In this document: positions 48,595-63,800 of the stretch, one piece after another
Layout of the letters: each line of letters starts with the position of its first letter
Position numbering within the stretch: the stretch's first letter is position 1
Assembly: GCA_964016885.1 (NCBI GenBank)
Contig: OZ024742.1
Location: 369,148,001-369,212,000, forward strand
Length of the DNA stretch: 64,000 nt
Origin: Eledone cirrhosa
Lineage: Eukaryota
Reading direction: 5' to 3'
Notes under the pieces: generated by a model
Told to the model about the DNA's origin: nothing
The model's database searches: none
The model's input: the letters and a program-made list of their open reading frames with translations, nothing else
Position numbers and translations under genes: made by a program

Positions 48595-48661
48595 CATATA
48601 CATATATATATATATACATATATATATACACATATATATATATACACATATATATATATAC

Positions 48662-48708
<47 letters not shown>

Positions 48709-48781
48709 CACATATATATATATATACACATATATATACACATATATATACACATATATATATATACATATATATATATAC

Positions 48782-48812
<31 letters not shown>

Positions 48813-48915
48813 CATATATATATACATATATATATACATATATACATATATACATATATACATATACATATATACATATATATATATACATATATATATA
48901 TACATATATATATAC

Positions 48916-48946
<31 letters not shown>

Positions 48947-49307
48947 CATATATATATACATATATATATATATACATATGATGATGATGATGATGATGAT
49001 GATATATATATATACATATATATATACATATATATATATATACATATATATATACATATATATATACATATATATATACATATATATATACATATATATA
49101 TACATATATATATACATATATATATATACATATATATATATACATATATATATATACATATATATATACATATATATATACATATATATATACATATATA
49201 TATACATATATATATACATATATATATACATATATATATACATATATATATACATATATATATACATATATATATACATATATATATACATATATATATA
49301 CATATAT

Positions 49308-49777
49308 GCAGAGCACTAGAAGTTGATGGAAACCGCGGAGTGGGGAGACCCAAGATGACCTGGGATGAGGTGATAAAAGCCGACCTTACCCAATTACACC
49401 TCTCAAAGTCAATGACACACGACCGTGACTTCTGGCGTCACGCAGTAATACAGAGTACCCGACCTCCCATGGGTACATGCTGAAGCATATAAACAATATG
49501 CCCCCCCACCCCCCACCACAAGGTGGTCGTGGAGGTGCCACGGCAAAAAAGCACCCAGCCCAGACTGTAAAGTGGACGTGTAGGCGCCACGAAAAAGCAC
49601 CCAGCACTCACTGTAAATGAGGTTGGTGTTAGGAAGGGCATCCAGCTGTAGAAATCAAGCCAGATCAGTTCCTGTATGAGCAAGGCATGGTCAGCCGACC
49701 AGACACTGCCCACAACAGGACAACCCGTCTAACCCATGCTAGCGTGGAAGAACGGACGTAAAACGGTGATGATGATG

Positions 49778-49779
<2 letters not shown>
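49308..49779 (+). mobile_element. RTE 3' end, sister subfamily
   Basis: [27 protein letters not shown] plus conserved 3' UTR and (GAT)n. Confidence 0.9.
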
Positions 49780-49828
<49 letters not shown>

Positions 49829-49975
49829 CATATATATATATACACATATATATATATACACATATATATATATACACATATATATATATACACATATATA
49901 TATACACATATATATATACACATATATATATACACATATATATATACACATATATATATATACATATATATATAC

Positions 49976-50006
<31 letters not shown>

Positions 50007-50463
50007 CATATATATATATACATATATATATATACATATATATATATATACATATATATATACACATATATATATACACATATATATATACATATATATA
50101 TATACATATATATATACATATATATATATACATATATATATATACATATATATATACATATATATATACATATATATATACATATATATATACACATATA
50201 TATATACATACATATATATATACATATACATATATATATACATACATATATATATACATATATATACATACATATATATATACATACATATATATATACA
50301 TATATATACATATATATACATATATATATATATACATACATACATATATACATACATACATATATATATATATACATACATATATATATATATACACATA
50401 TATATATATATACATACACATATATATATATATACATACACATATATATATATATACATACAC

Positions 50464-50510
<47 letters not shown>

Positions 50511-50636
50511 CATATATATATACATATACATATATACATATATACATATACATATATACATATACATATATATATACATATATATATACATATATATATA
50601 CATATATATATACATATCATCATCATCATCATCATC

Positions 50637-51101
50637 ATCATCAACGTTTAACGTCCGTGTTCCACGCTTGCATGGGTTTGGACGGGGGTAGTCCCACTTG
50701 AGGCAAGAGTGATTGTCTTGCTCGCATAGGACTGTCTGGCAGGTTTTCTACAGTTGGATGCCCTTCCTAACACCAACCACATTTACAGTGTGGGTCTGGG
50801 AGGTTTTTACCGTGTTGCCTACACGGCCACATTACAGCGTGGACTGTGTGTTTTTTTGTCGTGACACCTACACGATCTCATTTGTTTCGGCCTGGATGGC
50901 GCGGCACCAACATAACTTTACATAGAACGGGGTGGTGTGGATGGGGTGGGGGTGGCGGCGGGAGGGGTGTATTTTGTTAGAGATGCCTACTGGCAAGGCA
51001 GGTCTTCTCTGTTACTGAGTACCGCCAAAGGTCACGGTCCAGTGACATTGTCTTGGAGAGGTGTAAGTGTGTGAGGTCGGAGTTTATCAGCTCGTCCCAG
51101 G
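50637..51101 (-). mobile_element. RTE 3' end, inverted near-identical copy of 45384-45870
   Basis: [34 protein letters not shown] plus 3' UTR. Confidence 0.93.
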
Positions 51102-51278
51102 TATATATATATACATATATATATACATATATACATACATATATACATATACATATATATATACATATACATATATATATACATATATATATACATATAT
51201 ACATATACATATACATATATATATACATATATATATACATATATATATATACATATATATATACATATATATATATAC

Positions 51279-51309
<31 letters not shown>

Positions 51310-51713
51310 CATATATATATACATATATATATACATATACATATATATATACACATATATATACACATATATATATATACACATATATATATACATACAT
51401 ATATATATACATATATATACATATATATATACATATATATACATATATATATACATATATATACATATATATACATATATATACATATATATACATATAT
51501 ATATATACATATATATATACATACATATACATATATATATACATACATATACATATATATATATATATACATACATATATATATATATATATACATACAT
51601 ATATATATATATATATACATACATATATATATATATATACATACATATATACATATATATATACATACATATATATATATATATATACATACATATATAC
51701 ATACATATATATA

Positions 51714-52158
51714 TGGTGGCTGCCAACTCGTTTTCGAGTACGGCCACTACTTTATATCCATGTAGGAGAACCCCTACCGAAGCGCTGAACGAGTGTGACT
51801 TTTTGTCCAGCCAGCGACTTGAAACCTCTGGTACAAACACTACACTTGTGACAATTATTGACACATAGTGCTGGGCCCATGGTAGGACAACCATTGACAC
51901 ATAGTGCTGGGCCCATGGTACCATGTGAGGACAAGTGCAGAGAGATCTCCAGATATAAAGCAATGCCTGTGCCGTGAAGCTTTTATAGTGAGCAAAGGCA
52001 CTGCACAAAGCCAGTCCCACTCTCTTAACCAAGATGATATTTACCAAAAAGAAGAACAAGTCAACATCATTGGATACCATCAGGGTAGGAGGTGTTATAT
52101 CAGAGTTTTCCTTCTCCTAGAATTCTGCCTTGACAAAGGCTAAGGGGTCATCTCTCCC
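51714..52158 (-). mobile_element. 5'-truncated copy of the 11899-12503 element, with a 36-bp internal duplication
   Basis: Reverse complement of 12098-12503; ttgacacatagtgctgggcccatggta occurs twice. Confidence 0.9.
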
Positions 52159-52199
52159 TACATATATATATACATATATATATACATATATATACATAC

Positions 52200-52230
<31 letters not shown>

Positions 52231-52620
52231 CATACATATATATATGTATATATATATACATATATATATGTATATATATATACATACATATATATATACA
52301 TATATATATATACATACATATACATACATATATATATACATATATATATGTATATATATATACATACATATACATATATATATATACATACATATATATA
52401 TGTATATATATATACATATATATACATATATATATATACATACATATATATATGTATATATATATACATATATATATATATGTATATATATATACATATA
52501 TATATACATATATATATACATATATATATACATACATATATACATACATATATACATACATATATACATACATATATACATACATATATACATACATATA
52601 TACATACATACATACATACA

Positions 52621-52654
<34 letters not shown>

Positions 52655-53118
52655 CATACATATATATATACATACATATATACATACATATATATATACA
52701 TATATATATACATATATATATACATACATATATATATACATATATATATACATATACATATATATATACATACATATATACATACATATATATATACATA
52801 TATATATACATATATATATACATATATATATACATATATATATACATATATATATACATATATATATACATACATATATATATACATATATATATACATA
52901 CATATATATATACATATATATATACATATATATATACATATATATATACATATATATATACATATATATATACATATATATATACATATATATATACATA
53001 TATATATACATATATATATACATATATATATACATATATATATACATACATACATATATACATATATATACATATATATATATACACACATATATATATA
53101 CATACATATATATATACA

Positions 53119-53164
<46 letters not shown>

Positions 53165-53181
53165 CACACATATATATATAT

Positions 53182-53278
<97 letters not shown>

Positions 53279-53288
53279 CACACATATA

Positions 53289-53320
<32 letters not shown>

Positions 53321-53385
53321 CACACATATATATACACACATATATATACACACATATATATATATACATATACACATATATATAT

Positions 53386-53419
<34 letters not shown>

Positions 53420-53760
53420 ACACACAATCATTAGCAGTACAGTGACATACACCCCCCCCCCACCCCTCTTATATAAGTGTGTGTGTGCTACAAGTACAGT
53501 AGCCACCAGTGTTAGTAAGTTTATGTGACAAATAATGTATGTGTGCGTTGCTTTATTAGGAAGTAACCTATAGTATAAGGTTAGGTGGTGGGGGAGAGAG
53601 AACAGGTTTCAGGCAGGTGATAAGACTAAGCTTCAGATATGATAAACTATGAAGGTGTGGGAGGACAGACAATAGATGGAAGAAGGGCTGTTTTAAGGTC
53701 AATGTAAATTTAAAGAGGTGTTTGATGAAAGAAGAAAAAGGTGGGAGAATAGAACACACC

Positions 53761-53938
53761 TACAGTCCTTACACTACACCTCCACACATTTACACCACAC
53801 CTCCACACCTTCACACCTTACACTACACCTCCACACCTTACACCACACCTCCACACCTTACACCACACCTCCACACCTTACACTACACATCTTACACCAC
53901 ACCTCCACACCTTACACTACACATCTTACACCACACCT
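53761..53938. repeat. ACACC-based minisatellite
   Basis: Repeated cacacctccacaccttacac. Confidence 0.85.
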
Positions 53939-54121
53939 TCAATAGTGACCTATTGAGTACTTTTAACTTAATTCTAGATTAGATGGTAAACAAGGGTTGG
54001 TGTCAGCCTGTCTGATGAGGGCTGCCACAATAGGTGGAGGGAGAGAGCATGTGTGTGTGTGTGTGTGAGAGCATGTATGTGTGTGTGAGTGAGTGAGTGA
54101 GAGCATGTGTGTGAGTGAGAG

Positions 54122-54183
<62 letters not shown>

Positions 54184-54189
54184 TGAAAG

Positions 54190-54220
<31 letters not shown>

Positions 54221-54309
54221 CAGTGAAAGCGGTTGTGTGAGCATTCATTAAAACTTGGCAGAATCATGAAAATACCTAACAGTTTAGGTGCTTCAATGCT
54301 ACACTTCTC

Positions 54310-55110
54310 TGCTCACATGTGTGTAGTTTCTGTCACCTGGGTGACCAAATCAGCAGTGGGGTAGGGTGTACCAAAAGCACAGTAACCAGAGTAAGTTGGG
54401 TTGGAGAAGGTTCAGGGAGCTACTACTGCTGCTAATTACAAAAGGTTTTCCCCTCAAAATGAAAAGCAGACTGTATGATGCATGTATACAAACAATAATG
54501 TTGCACCCAGACCTGAGCAGTGTGTGCAGAGGACCTGTGTAGAAAGAAATGAAGCCTCCATGCTTCGTCGGATGTACAATAGCAATATACGTGAATGGCA
54601 AAGCATAAATGAGCTGCGTGAAAAATTAGGCATAAGAGGGATCAGATGTGTGCAGGATGACAGCTGTATAGAAATGTGCAGAGCACTCAAAGTTGCCAGT
54701 AGCCATGGAGTGAGCAAGCCTAGGAAGACTTGGGAAGAAGTAATAAAAGCTGACCTTGCACAATTACACCTCACTAAAGCAATGATACAGGACTGTGACC
54801 TCTGGTGCTATGAAGTATTACAGAAGACCCAACCTCCCATATGTTCGGGCTGAGGCATATATCTAGTAGGCAACACCTACCATCTCCCTTCCCATACACC
54901 TCCCTTGCTGTAATCATCCTACCTCTATACCTGCATCCCAATTTTCCAAAGCATCATCCCCCCACCTCCAAAAAGTGACCCTCCCCTGGAGCCATGACAA
55001 AAGAGCCCAGCCCACACTATAAAGTGATCATGTAGGTGTCACAACAAAAAGCACTGTAAATGTGGTTGGCGTCAGGAAGGGCATCCAGCCATAGAAACCA
55101 GGCCAAAATC
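54310..55110 (+). mobile_element. Older decayed RTE 3' portion
   Basis: ERNEASMLRRMYNSNIRE..SKPRKTWEEVIKADL plus 3' UTR motif. Confidence 0.88.
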
Positions 55111-55666
55111 ACCTCTGTGTTAATGAAACACGGTCACTTATGGTAGCTATGGATTTGGCTCCAGTATCGATCTGCTCATCAGACGTGATTCAACAAAAAA
55201 ATATATACAGTAAACATTTCAATGAAAATGTGTGGATTCCAATAACTTTATTGTTGCATTATACATATTTTAATGGTCAACCAACCTACATCATCAGATG
55301 GTACAGGCATAATGGATTTAGTTAAGTAATCCTTACTGAGGCACTGCTCATTGGAATGACTCAATCACAAACCCAGCTACCTATTAGTTAAACCATACAA
55401 CATAAAGAATGTGTCTGGTGAAAGATCAAGGAGAACAATGCTCAATCTATTGCAAGAGAGCTTATTTAGTAAAATAAATAATGTTTCATACACTTAACAT
55501 GCATGTGCTACCATTGCTTTCTGGGTTCAGTTATTTGTTTGTCCGTGTGCCCAAATGAAGGGCCAGTTTAAAGGTGCCTCCTCCAATATACAGTGGTGGC
55601 CATAACTGGACCCGAAACCAATGGTAGCACATGTTAAGTATATGAAACTTTGTTTATACTATATAT

Positions 55667-55846
55667 GCACCCAGCACTCACTATAAATGAGGTTGGTGTT
55701 AGGAAGGGGATCCAGCTGTAGAAATCAAGTCAGAATCAGTTCCTGTATGAGCAAGACAAGGTCAGCCAACCAGACACTGCCCACAACAGGACAACCCATA
55801 TAACCCATGCTAGCATGGAAGAACGTACGTAAAACGGTGATGATGA
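55667..55846 (+). mobile_element. RTE 3' UTR fragment
   Basis: Matches 49598-49779. Confidence 0.88.
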
Positions 55847-56150
55847 TATATATATATTTCTAAAAGTCTGTACGTCCCTCTCTCTTCCCCTCATGTTTAC
55901 GTTCCTCTCTCTCTCTCACCTCAGACTGTCTTTCTCTTTTCCTCTCATTACTAACTTTCATTTATCATTAGCTCCCTTTTTCTCTTTTATATCTCCTTCA
56001 CTCTCTTCCTTCTCCTCAGACCCTCTGTTGTCATGACGAACACCCTCACTATCGCTCTGTATTTATCTTAACCTTTTTTTAATCTCCACATACACATGCA
56101 CTAAACGATATACATGTCACGTATTATTTTTAATCCAATTCCAATTAGCA

Positions 56151-56295
<145 letters not shown>

Positions 56296-56344
56296 TGTGT
56301 ATGCTTTTTTTTTGTTTTTTGCAGGTGATATTCAGTTTAAATAG

Positions 56345-56830
56345 ATGCAAGACCTTCATGCAAGACATGTACAGGGAAAGAATTCCAGAGGGATGATATA
56401 CTGGGTAGGAAGGATTGGGTGTAATGGTTAGTGTAGGGCCTGCCAGTTGAACCAGCTGTGAGGAGCAGATGCAGTAGAAATGTGGGCTAAGGTTGGAGGG
56501 TGTCTGTCATTGACTTTATGTCCACCAGACAAGTGACCTTTATCACAATATGGTCAAGTATGAGACACCACCACTATCCCAGATGTGGGGGCTACTACTC
56601 TATTGAGGGTCTTATCTGAACATTGCAGACTCAGAAATTGTTGGAGGCAGAAGAGTCAGATGTAGTTCCAGCTATTAAGGACATACATTCACTATGAGGG
56701 GCCCTTGGTGATAGAGAGGTCTAACATTTGGAGCTAATGCTTTCTTCTAACTGCATGCTGTTCATGAAAGTAAAGAGACGTAGGGTAGAGAACGTTTGTG
56801 ACATGAGACATCTGCTCACAAGAAACTTCA
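56345..56830 (-). mobile_element. Decayed CR1/Jockey-group LINE 3' fragment
   Basis: My translation includes TNHYTQSFLPSISSLWNSFPVHV (SF-x-P-x4-LWNSLP-like motif). Confidence 0.55.
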
Positions 56831-57249
56831 TGGAAAGTACATAAATATAGGAGGCCTACATTCCAGCATTGGTCCAATATTGACTTCAAAAACAGAAATG
56901 TATTTAATAACAATTATAATGTTTTAAATTTTGGCACAAATGTCACATTTCATAGCAATTATCTTAATATAATGTTTAAAACAGAATTATGACATCCTGG
57001 GCTGCAGTCCATATAAACCATAGCTAAACCATGGTTGTCAATGGCATATTCTGCTTCAGTTACCTACCTCCACCCCTCTATCTCACCCTCATGGTATCAT
57101 TTAAAGCAGTAATTATCAATGTCGGCCTGGAGTTGAACCAAAGAAAAGAGAGGAGATTTCTGCCGGAAGCTGAACCAAGGCTTGGATGGTCAACTTGACC
57201 AGCAGAGAGAGAGAGGCAGAAATATAATTTATTTATTGTTGATATAACT

Positions 57250-57411
57250 ATACATGGACACACTGGAAGAGGAAGACCAAGGTTAACGTATGTTGATGCC
57301 CTAAGGACAGACATTGGTCTGTTGGGGAAGCAGGGCATGGCAGCGATAATGAGGGATAGAGACCGCTGGAGAGAACTCGTCCATGGATCTCGGGAATTTT
57401 ACCCGCCCTAG
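57250..57411 (+). mobile_element. RTE 3' fragment (copy of 6362-6523)
   Basis: Near-identical; the stop codon runs straight into (TAGA)n. Confidence 0.9.
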
Positions 57412-57896
57412 ATAGATAGATAGTGGTCAAACATACAGAAAAAAAAGCAGCATTGGAAAGAACTATAAATGCCATAAATGGAAAGAGCAAGGATTATTAG
57501 GCAAAGGAATAAATTGGGGAAGGTGACAGACTACACCCAAGTCAGAGCAGTGTTTCAGCTGTATCCTGCAGACAAAATGACAAAGGCATTTCTGTGGACA
57601 ATGGCCAGCGACAACAGCCACTCCAACTTCCTTCGACAAGCTGTTGTCCTTCCAATTTTGCAGAAGAGGTCAACTGTAAGACTCAACAGACCAGAAACTT
57701 ATTAAATCTCTGGCTCAGATGAGTCAAAGGAATTGGACATTAGATTGACATGTTGGTGAATTAAAATAAAACGGTTGTTGCCATGTCAACTTGATCAGCC
57801 GATCTATTATTAAAAGCATTCTAGCCATGACCTTTCCACATGTTTATAAATTAAGGACTACATTATCTAATGTATTTTACCATTAGATTATGGGTT

Positions 57897-60800
57897 GGGG
57901 CATTGTTTGTAGCAGGGAGAGTGTTAATATAAGGGGGTGGGGCATTGTTTGTAGCAGGGAGAGTGTTAATATAAGGGGGTGGGGCATTGTTTCTAGCAGG
58001 GAGAGTGTTAATATAAGGGAGTGGGGCATTGTTTGTAGCAGGGAGAGTTAATATAAGGGGGTGGGGCATTGTTTGTAGCAGGGAGAGTTATAAGGGGGTG
58101 GGGCATTGTTTGTAGCAGGGAGAGTTAATATAAGGGGGTGGGGCATTGTTTGTAGCAGGGAGAGTTAATATAAGGGAGTGGGGCATTGTTTGTAGCAGGG
58201 AGAGTTAATATAAGGGGGTGGGGCATTGTTTGTAGCAGGGAGAGTTATAAGGGGGTGGGGCATTGTTTGTAGCAGGGAGAGTTATAAGGGGGTGGGGCAT
58301 TGTTTGTAGCAGGGAGAGTTAATATAAGGGGGTGGGGCATTGTTTGTAGCAGGGAGAGTTAATATAAGGGGGTGGGGCATTGGTTGTAGCAGGGAGAGTT
58401 AATATAAGGGGGTGGGGCATTGGTTGTAGCAGGGAGAGTTAATATAAGGGGGTGGGGCATTGTTTGTAGCAGGGAGAGTTATAAGGGGGTGGGGCATTGT
58501 TTGTAGCAGGGAGAGTTATAAGGGGGTGGGGCATTGTTTGTAGCAGGGAGAGTTAATATAAGGGGGTGGGGCATTGTTTGTAGCAGGGAGAGTTAATATA
58601 AGGGGGTGGGGCATTGTTTGTAGCAGGGAGAGTTAATATAAGGGGGTGGGGCATTGTAGCAGGGAGAGTTAATATAAGGGGGTGGGGCATTGTTTGTAGC
58701 AGGGAGAGTTAATATAAGGGGGTGGGGCATTGGTTGTAGCAGGGAGAGTTAATATAAGGGGGTGGGGCATTGTTTGTAGCAGGGAGAGTTAATATAAGGG
58801 GGTGGGGCATTGGTTGTAGCAGGGAGAGTTAATATAAGGGGGTGGGGCATTGTTTGTAGCAGGGAGAGTTATAAGGGGGTGGGGCATTGTTTGTAGCAGG
58901 GAGTGTTAATATAAGGGGGTGGGGCATTGTTTGTAGCAGGGAGAGTTATAAGGGGGTGGGGCATTGTTTGTAGCAGGGAGTGTTAATATAAGGGGGTGGG
59001 GCATTGTTTGTAGCAGGGAGAGTTAATATAAGGGGGTGGGGCATTGGTTGTAGCAGGGAGTGTTAATATAAGGGGGTGGGGCATTGTTTGTAGCAGGGAG
59101 AGTTAATATAAGGGGGTGGGGCATTGGTTGTAGCAGGGAGTGTTAATATAAGGGGGTGGGGCATTGTTTGTAGCAGGGAGAGTTAATATAAGGGGGTGGG
59201 GCATTGTTTGTAGCAGGGAGAGTTAATATAAGGGGGTGGGGCATTGGTTGTAGCAGGGAGTGTTAATATAAGGGGGTGGGGCATTGTTTGTAGCAGGGAG
59301 AGTTATAAGGGGGTGGGGCATTGTTTGTAGCAGGGAGAGTTAATATAAGGGGGTGGGGCATTGGTTGTAGCAGGGAGAGTTATAAGGGGGTGGGGCATTG
59401 TTTGTAGCAGGGAGAGTTATAAGGGGGTGGGGCATTGTTTGTAGCAGGGAGAGTTAATATAAGGGGGTGGGGCATTGTTTGTAGCAGGGAGAGTTATAAG
59501 GGGGTGGGGCATTGTTTGTAGCAGGGAGAGTTAATATAAGGGGGTGGGGCATTGTTTGTAGCAGGGAGAGTTATAAGGGGGTGGGGCATTGTTTGTAGCA
59601 GGGAGTGTTAATATAAGGGGGTGGGGCATTGTTTGTAGCAGGGAGAGTTAATATAAGGGGGTGGGGCATTGTTTGTAGCAGGGAGAGTTAATATAAGGGG
59701 GTGGGGCATTGTTTGTAGCAGGGAGAGTTAATATAAGGGGGTGGGGCATTGTTTGTAGCAGGGAGAGTTAATATAAGGGGGTGGGGCATTGGTTGTAGCA
59801 GGGAGAGTTAATATAAGGGGGTGGGGCATTGTTTGTAGCAGGGAGAGTTAATATAAGGGGGTGGGGCATTGGTTGTAGCAGGGAGAGTTAATATAAGGGG
59901 GTGGGGCATTGTTTGTAGCAGGGAGAGTTAATATAAGGGGGTGGGGCATTGGTTGTAGCAGGGAGAGTTAATATAAGGGGGTGGGGCATTGGTTGTAGCA
60001 GGGAGTGTTAATATAAGGGGGTGGGGCATTGGTTGTAGCAGGGAGAGTTAATATAAGGGGGTGGGACATTGTTTGTAGCAGGGAGAGTTAATATAAGGGG
60101 GTGGGGCATTGGTTGTAGCAGGGAGAGTTAATATAAGGGGGTGGGGCATTGTTTGTAGCAGGGAGAGTTAATATAAGGGGGTGGGGCATTGGTTGTAGCA
60201 GGGAGAGTTAATATAAGGGGGTGGGACATTGTTTGTAGCAGGGAGAGTTAATATAAGGGGGTGGGGCATTGGTTGTAGCAGGGAGAGTTAATATAAGGGG
60301 GTGGGGCATTGTTTGTAGCAGGGAGAGTTAATATAAGGGGGTGGGGCATTGGTTGTAGCAGGGAGAGTTAATATAAGGGGGTGGGACATTGTTTGTAGCA
60401 GGGAGAGTTAATATAAGGGGGTGGGGCATTGGTTGTAGCAGGGAGTGGGGCATTGTTTGTAGCAGGGAGAGTTAATATAAGGGGGTGGGGCATTGGTTGT
60501 AGCAGGGAGAGTTAATATAAGGGGGTGGGGCATTGGTTGTAGCAGGGAGAGTTAATATAAGGGGGTGGGGCATTGGTTGTAGCAGGGAGAGTTAATATAA
60601 GGGGGTGGGGCATTGGTTGTAGCAGGGAGAGTTAATATAAGGGGGTGGGACATTGTTTGTAGCAGGGAGAGTTAATATAAGGGGGTGGGGCATTGGTTGT
60701 AGCAGGGAGAGTTAATATAAGGGGGTGGGACATTGTTTGTAGCAGGGAGAGTTAATATAAGGGGGTGGGGCATTGGTTGTAGCAGGGAGAGTTAATATAA

Positions 60801-63800
60801 GGGGGTGGGGCATTGGTTGTAGCAGGGAGAGTTAATATAAGGGGGTGGGGCATTGTTTGTAGCAGGGAGAGTTAATATAAGGGGGTGGGGCATTGTTTGT
60901 AGCAGGGAGAGTTAATATAAGGGGGTGGGACATTGTTTGTAGCAGGGAGTGGGGCATTGTTTGTAGCAGGGAGAGTTAATATAAGAGGGTGGGGCATTGT
61001 TTGTAGCAGGGAGAGTTAATATAAGGGGGTGGGGCATTGTTTGTAGCAGGGAGAGTTAATATAAGGGGGTGGGGCATTGTTTGTAGCAGGGAGAGTTAAT
61101 ATAAGGGGGTGGGGCATTGTTTGTAGCAGGGAGAGTTAATATAAGGGGGTGGGGCATTGTTTGTAGCAGGGAGAGTTAATATAAGGGGGTGGGGCATTGT
61201 TTGTAGCAGGGAGAGTTAATATAAGGGGGTGGGGCATTGTTTGTAGCAGGGAGAGTTAATATAAGGGGGTGGGGCATTGTTTGTAGCAGGGAGAGTTAAT
61301 ATAAGGGGGTGGGGCATTGTTTGTAGCAGGGAGAGTTAATATAAGGGGGTGGGGCATTGTTTGTAGCAGGGAGAGTTAATATAAGGGGGTGGGGCATTGT
61401 TTGTAGCAGGGAGAGTTAATATAAGGGGGTGGGGCATTGTAGCAGGGAGAGTTAATATAAGGGGGTGGGACATTGTTTGTAGCAGGGAGAGTTAATATAA
61501 GGGGGTGGGGCATTGGTTGTAGCAGGGAGAGTTAATATAAGGGGGTGGGGCATTGTTTGTAGCAGGGAGAGTTAATATAAGGGGGTGGGGCATTGTTTGT
61601 AGCAGGGAGAGTTAATATAAGGGGGTGGGGCATTGGTTGTAGCAGGGAGAGTTAATATAAGGGGGTGGGGCATTGTAGCAGGGAGAGTTAATATAAGGGG
61701 GTGGGGCATTGGTTGTAGCAGGGAGAGTTAATATAAGGGGGTGGGGCATTGTAGCAGGGAGAGTTAATATAAGGGGGTGGGGCATTGTAGCAGGGAGAGT
61801 TAATATAAGGGGGTGGGGCATTGGTTGTAGCAGGGAGTGTTAATATAAGGGGGTGGGGCATTGTTTGTAGCAGGGAGAGTTATAAGGGGGTGGGGCATTG
61901 TTTGTAGCAGGGAGAGTTAATATAAGGGGGTGGGGCAGGGAGAGTTAATATAAGGGGGTGGGGCATTGTTTGTAGCAGGGAGAGTTATAAGGGGGTGGGG
62001 CATTGTTTGTAGCAGGGAGTGTTAATATAAGGGGGTGGGGCATTGGTTGTAGCAGGGAGTGTTAATATAAGGGGGTGGGGCATTGTTTGTAGCAGGGAGA
62101 GTTAATATAAGGGGGTGGGGCATTGTTTGTAGCAGGGAGAGTTAATATAAGGGGGTGGGGCATTGTTTGTAGCAGGGAGAGTTAATATAAGGGGGTGGGG
62201 CATTGTTTGTAGCAGGGAGAGTTAATATAAGGGGGTGGGGCATTGTTTGTAGCAGGGAGAGTTAATATAAGGGGGTGGGGCATTGTTTGTAGCAGGGAGA
62301 GTTAATATAAGGGGGTGGGGCATTGTTTGTAGCAGGGAGAGTTATAAGGGGGTGGGGCATTGTTTGTAGCAGGGAGTGTTAATATAAGGGGGTGGGGCAT
62401 TGGTTGTAGCAGGGAGTGTTAATATAAGGGGGTGGGGCATTGGTTGTAGCAGGGAGTGTTAATATAAGGGGGTGGGGCATTGTTTGTAGCAGGGAGTGTT
62501 AATATAAGGGGGTGGGGCATTGGTTGTAGCAGGGAGAGTTAATATAAGGGGGTGGGGCATTGGTTGTAGCAGGGAGTGTTAATATAAGGGGGTGGGGCAT
62601 TGTTTGTAGCAGGGAGAGTTAATATAAGGGGGTGGGGCATTGTTTGTAGCAGGGAGAGTTATAAGGGGGTGGGGCATTGTTTGTAGCAGGGAGTGTTAAT
62701 ATAAGGGGGTGGGGCATTGTTTGTAGCAGGGAGAGTTATAAGGGGGTGGGGCATTGTTTGTAGCAGGGAGAGTTAATATAAGGGGGTGGGGCATTGTTTG
62801 TAGCAGGGAGAGTTATAAGGGGGTGGGGCATTGTTTGTAGCAGGGAGTGTTAATATAAGGGGGTGGGGCATTGGTTGTAGCAGGGAGAGTTAATATAAGG
62901 GGGTGGGGCATTGTTTGTAGCAGGGAGTGTTAATATAAGAGGGGTGGGGCATTGTTTGTAGCAGGGAGAGTTAATATAAGGGGGTGGGGCATTGTTTGTA
63001 GCAGGGAGAGTTAATATAAGGGGGTGGGGCATTGTTTGTAGCAGGGAGTGTTAATATAAGAGGGTGGGGCATTGTTTGTAGCAGGGAGAGTTAATATAAG
63101 GGGGTGGGGCATTGTTTGTAGCAGGGAGAGTTAATATAAGGGGGTGGGGCATTGTTTGTAGCAGGGAGTGTTAATATAAGAGGGTGGGGCATTGTTTGTA
63201 GCAGGGAGAGTTAATATAAGGGGGTGGGGCATTGGTTGTAGCAGGGAGAGTTAATATAAGGGGGTGGGGCATTGTTTGTAGCAGGGAGAGTTATAAGGGG
63301 GTGGGGCATTGTTTGTAGCAGGGAGTGTTAATATAAGGGGGTGGGGCATTGGTTGTAGCAGGGAGAGTTAATATAAGGGGGTGGGGCATTGTTTGTAGCA
63401 GGGAGAGTTAATATAAGGGGGTGGGGCATTGTTTGTAGCAGGGAGAGTTATAAGGGGGTGGGGCATTGTTTGTAGCAGGGAGTGTTAATATAAGGGGGTG
63501 GGGCATTGGTTGTAGCAGGGAGTGTTAATATAAGGGGGTGGGGCATTGTTTGTAGCAGGGAGTGTTAATATAAGGGGGTGGGGCATTGGTTGTAGCAGGG
63601 AGAGTTAATATAAGGGGGTGGGGCATTGTTTGTAGCAGGGAGAGTTAATATAAGGGGGGTGGGGCATTGTTTGTAGCAGGGAGAGTTAATATAAGGGGGT
63701 GGGGCATTGTTTGTAGCAGGGAGAGTTAATATAAGGGGGTGGGGCATTGGTTGTAGCAGGGAGAGTTAATATAAGGGGGTGGGGCATTGTTTGTAGCAGG

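Larger units (their letters stand above)
48389..53425. repeat. (TA/TACA)n field hosting three retroelement 3' ends
   Basis: Seen directly. Confidence 0.95.

Noticed and set aside
57478-57705. 75-aa ORF or host exon next to the satellite
   Set aside because: No recognisable motif in the frames I read, and the candidate exon frames contain stops.
57863-63747. Short MPHPLILTLPA ORFs, or a telomere repeat
   Set aside because: Satellite translations; no TTAGGG array is present.
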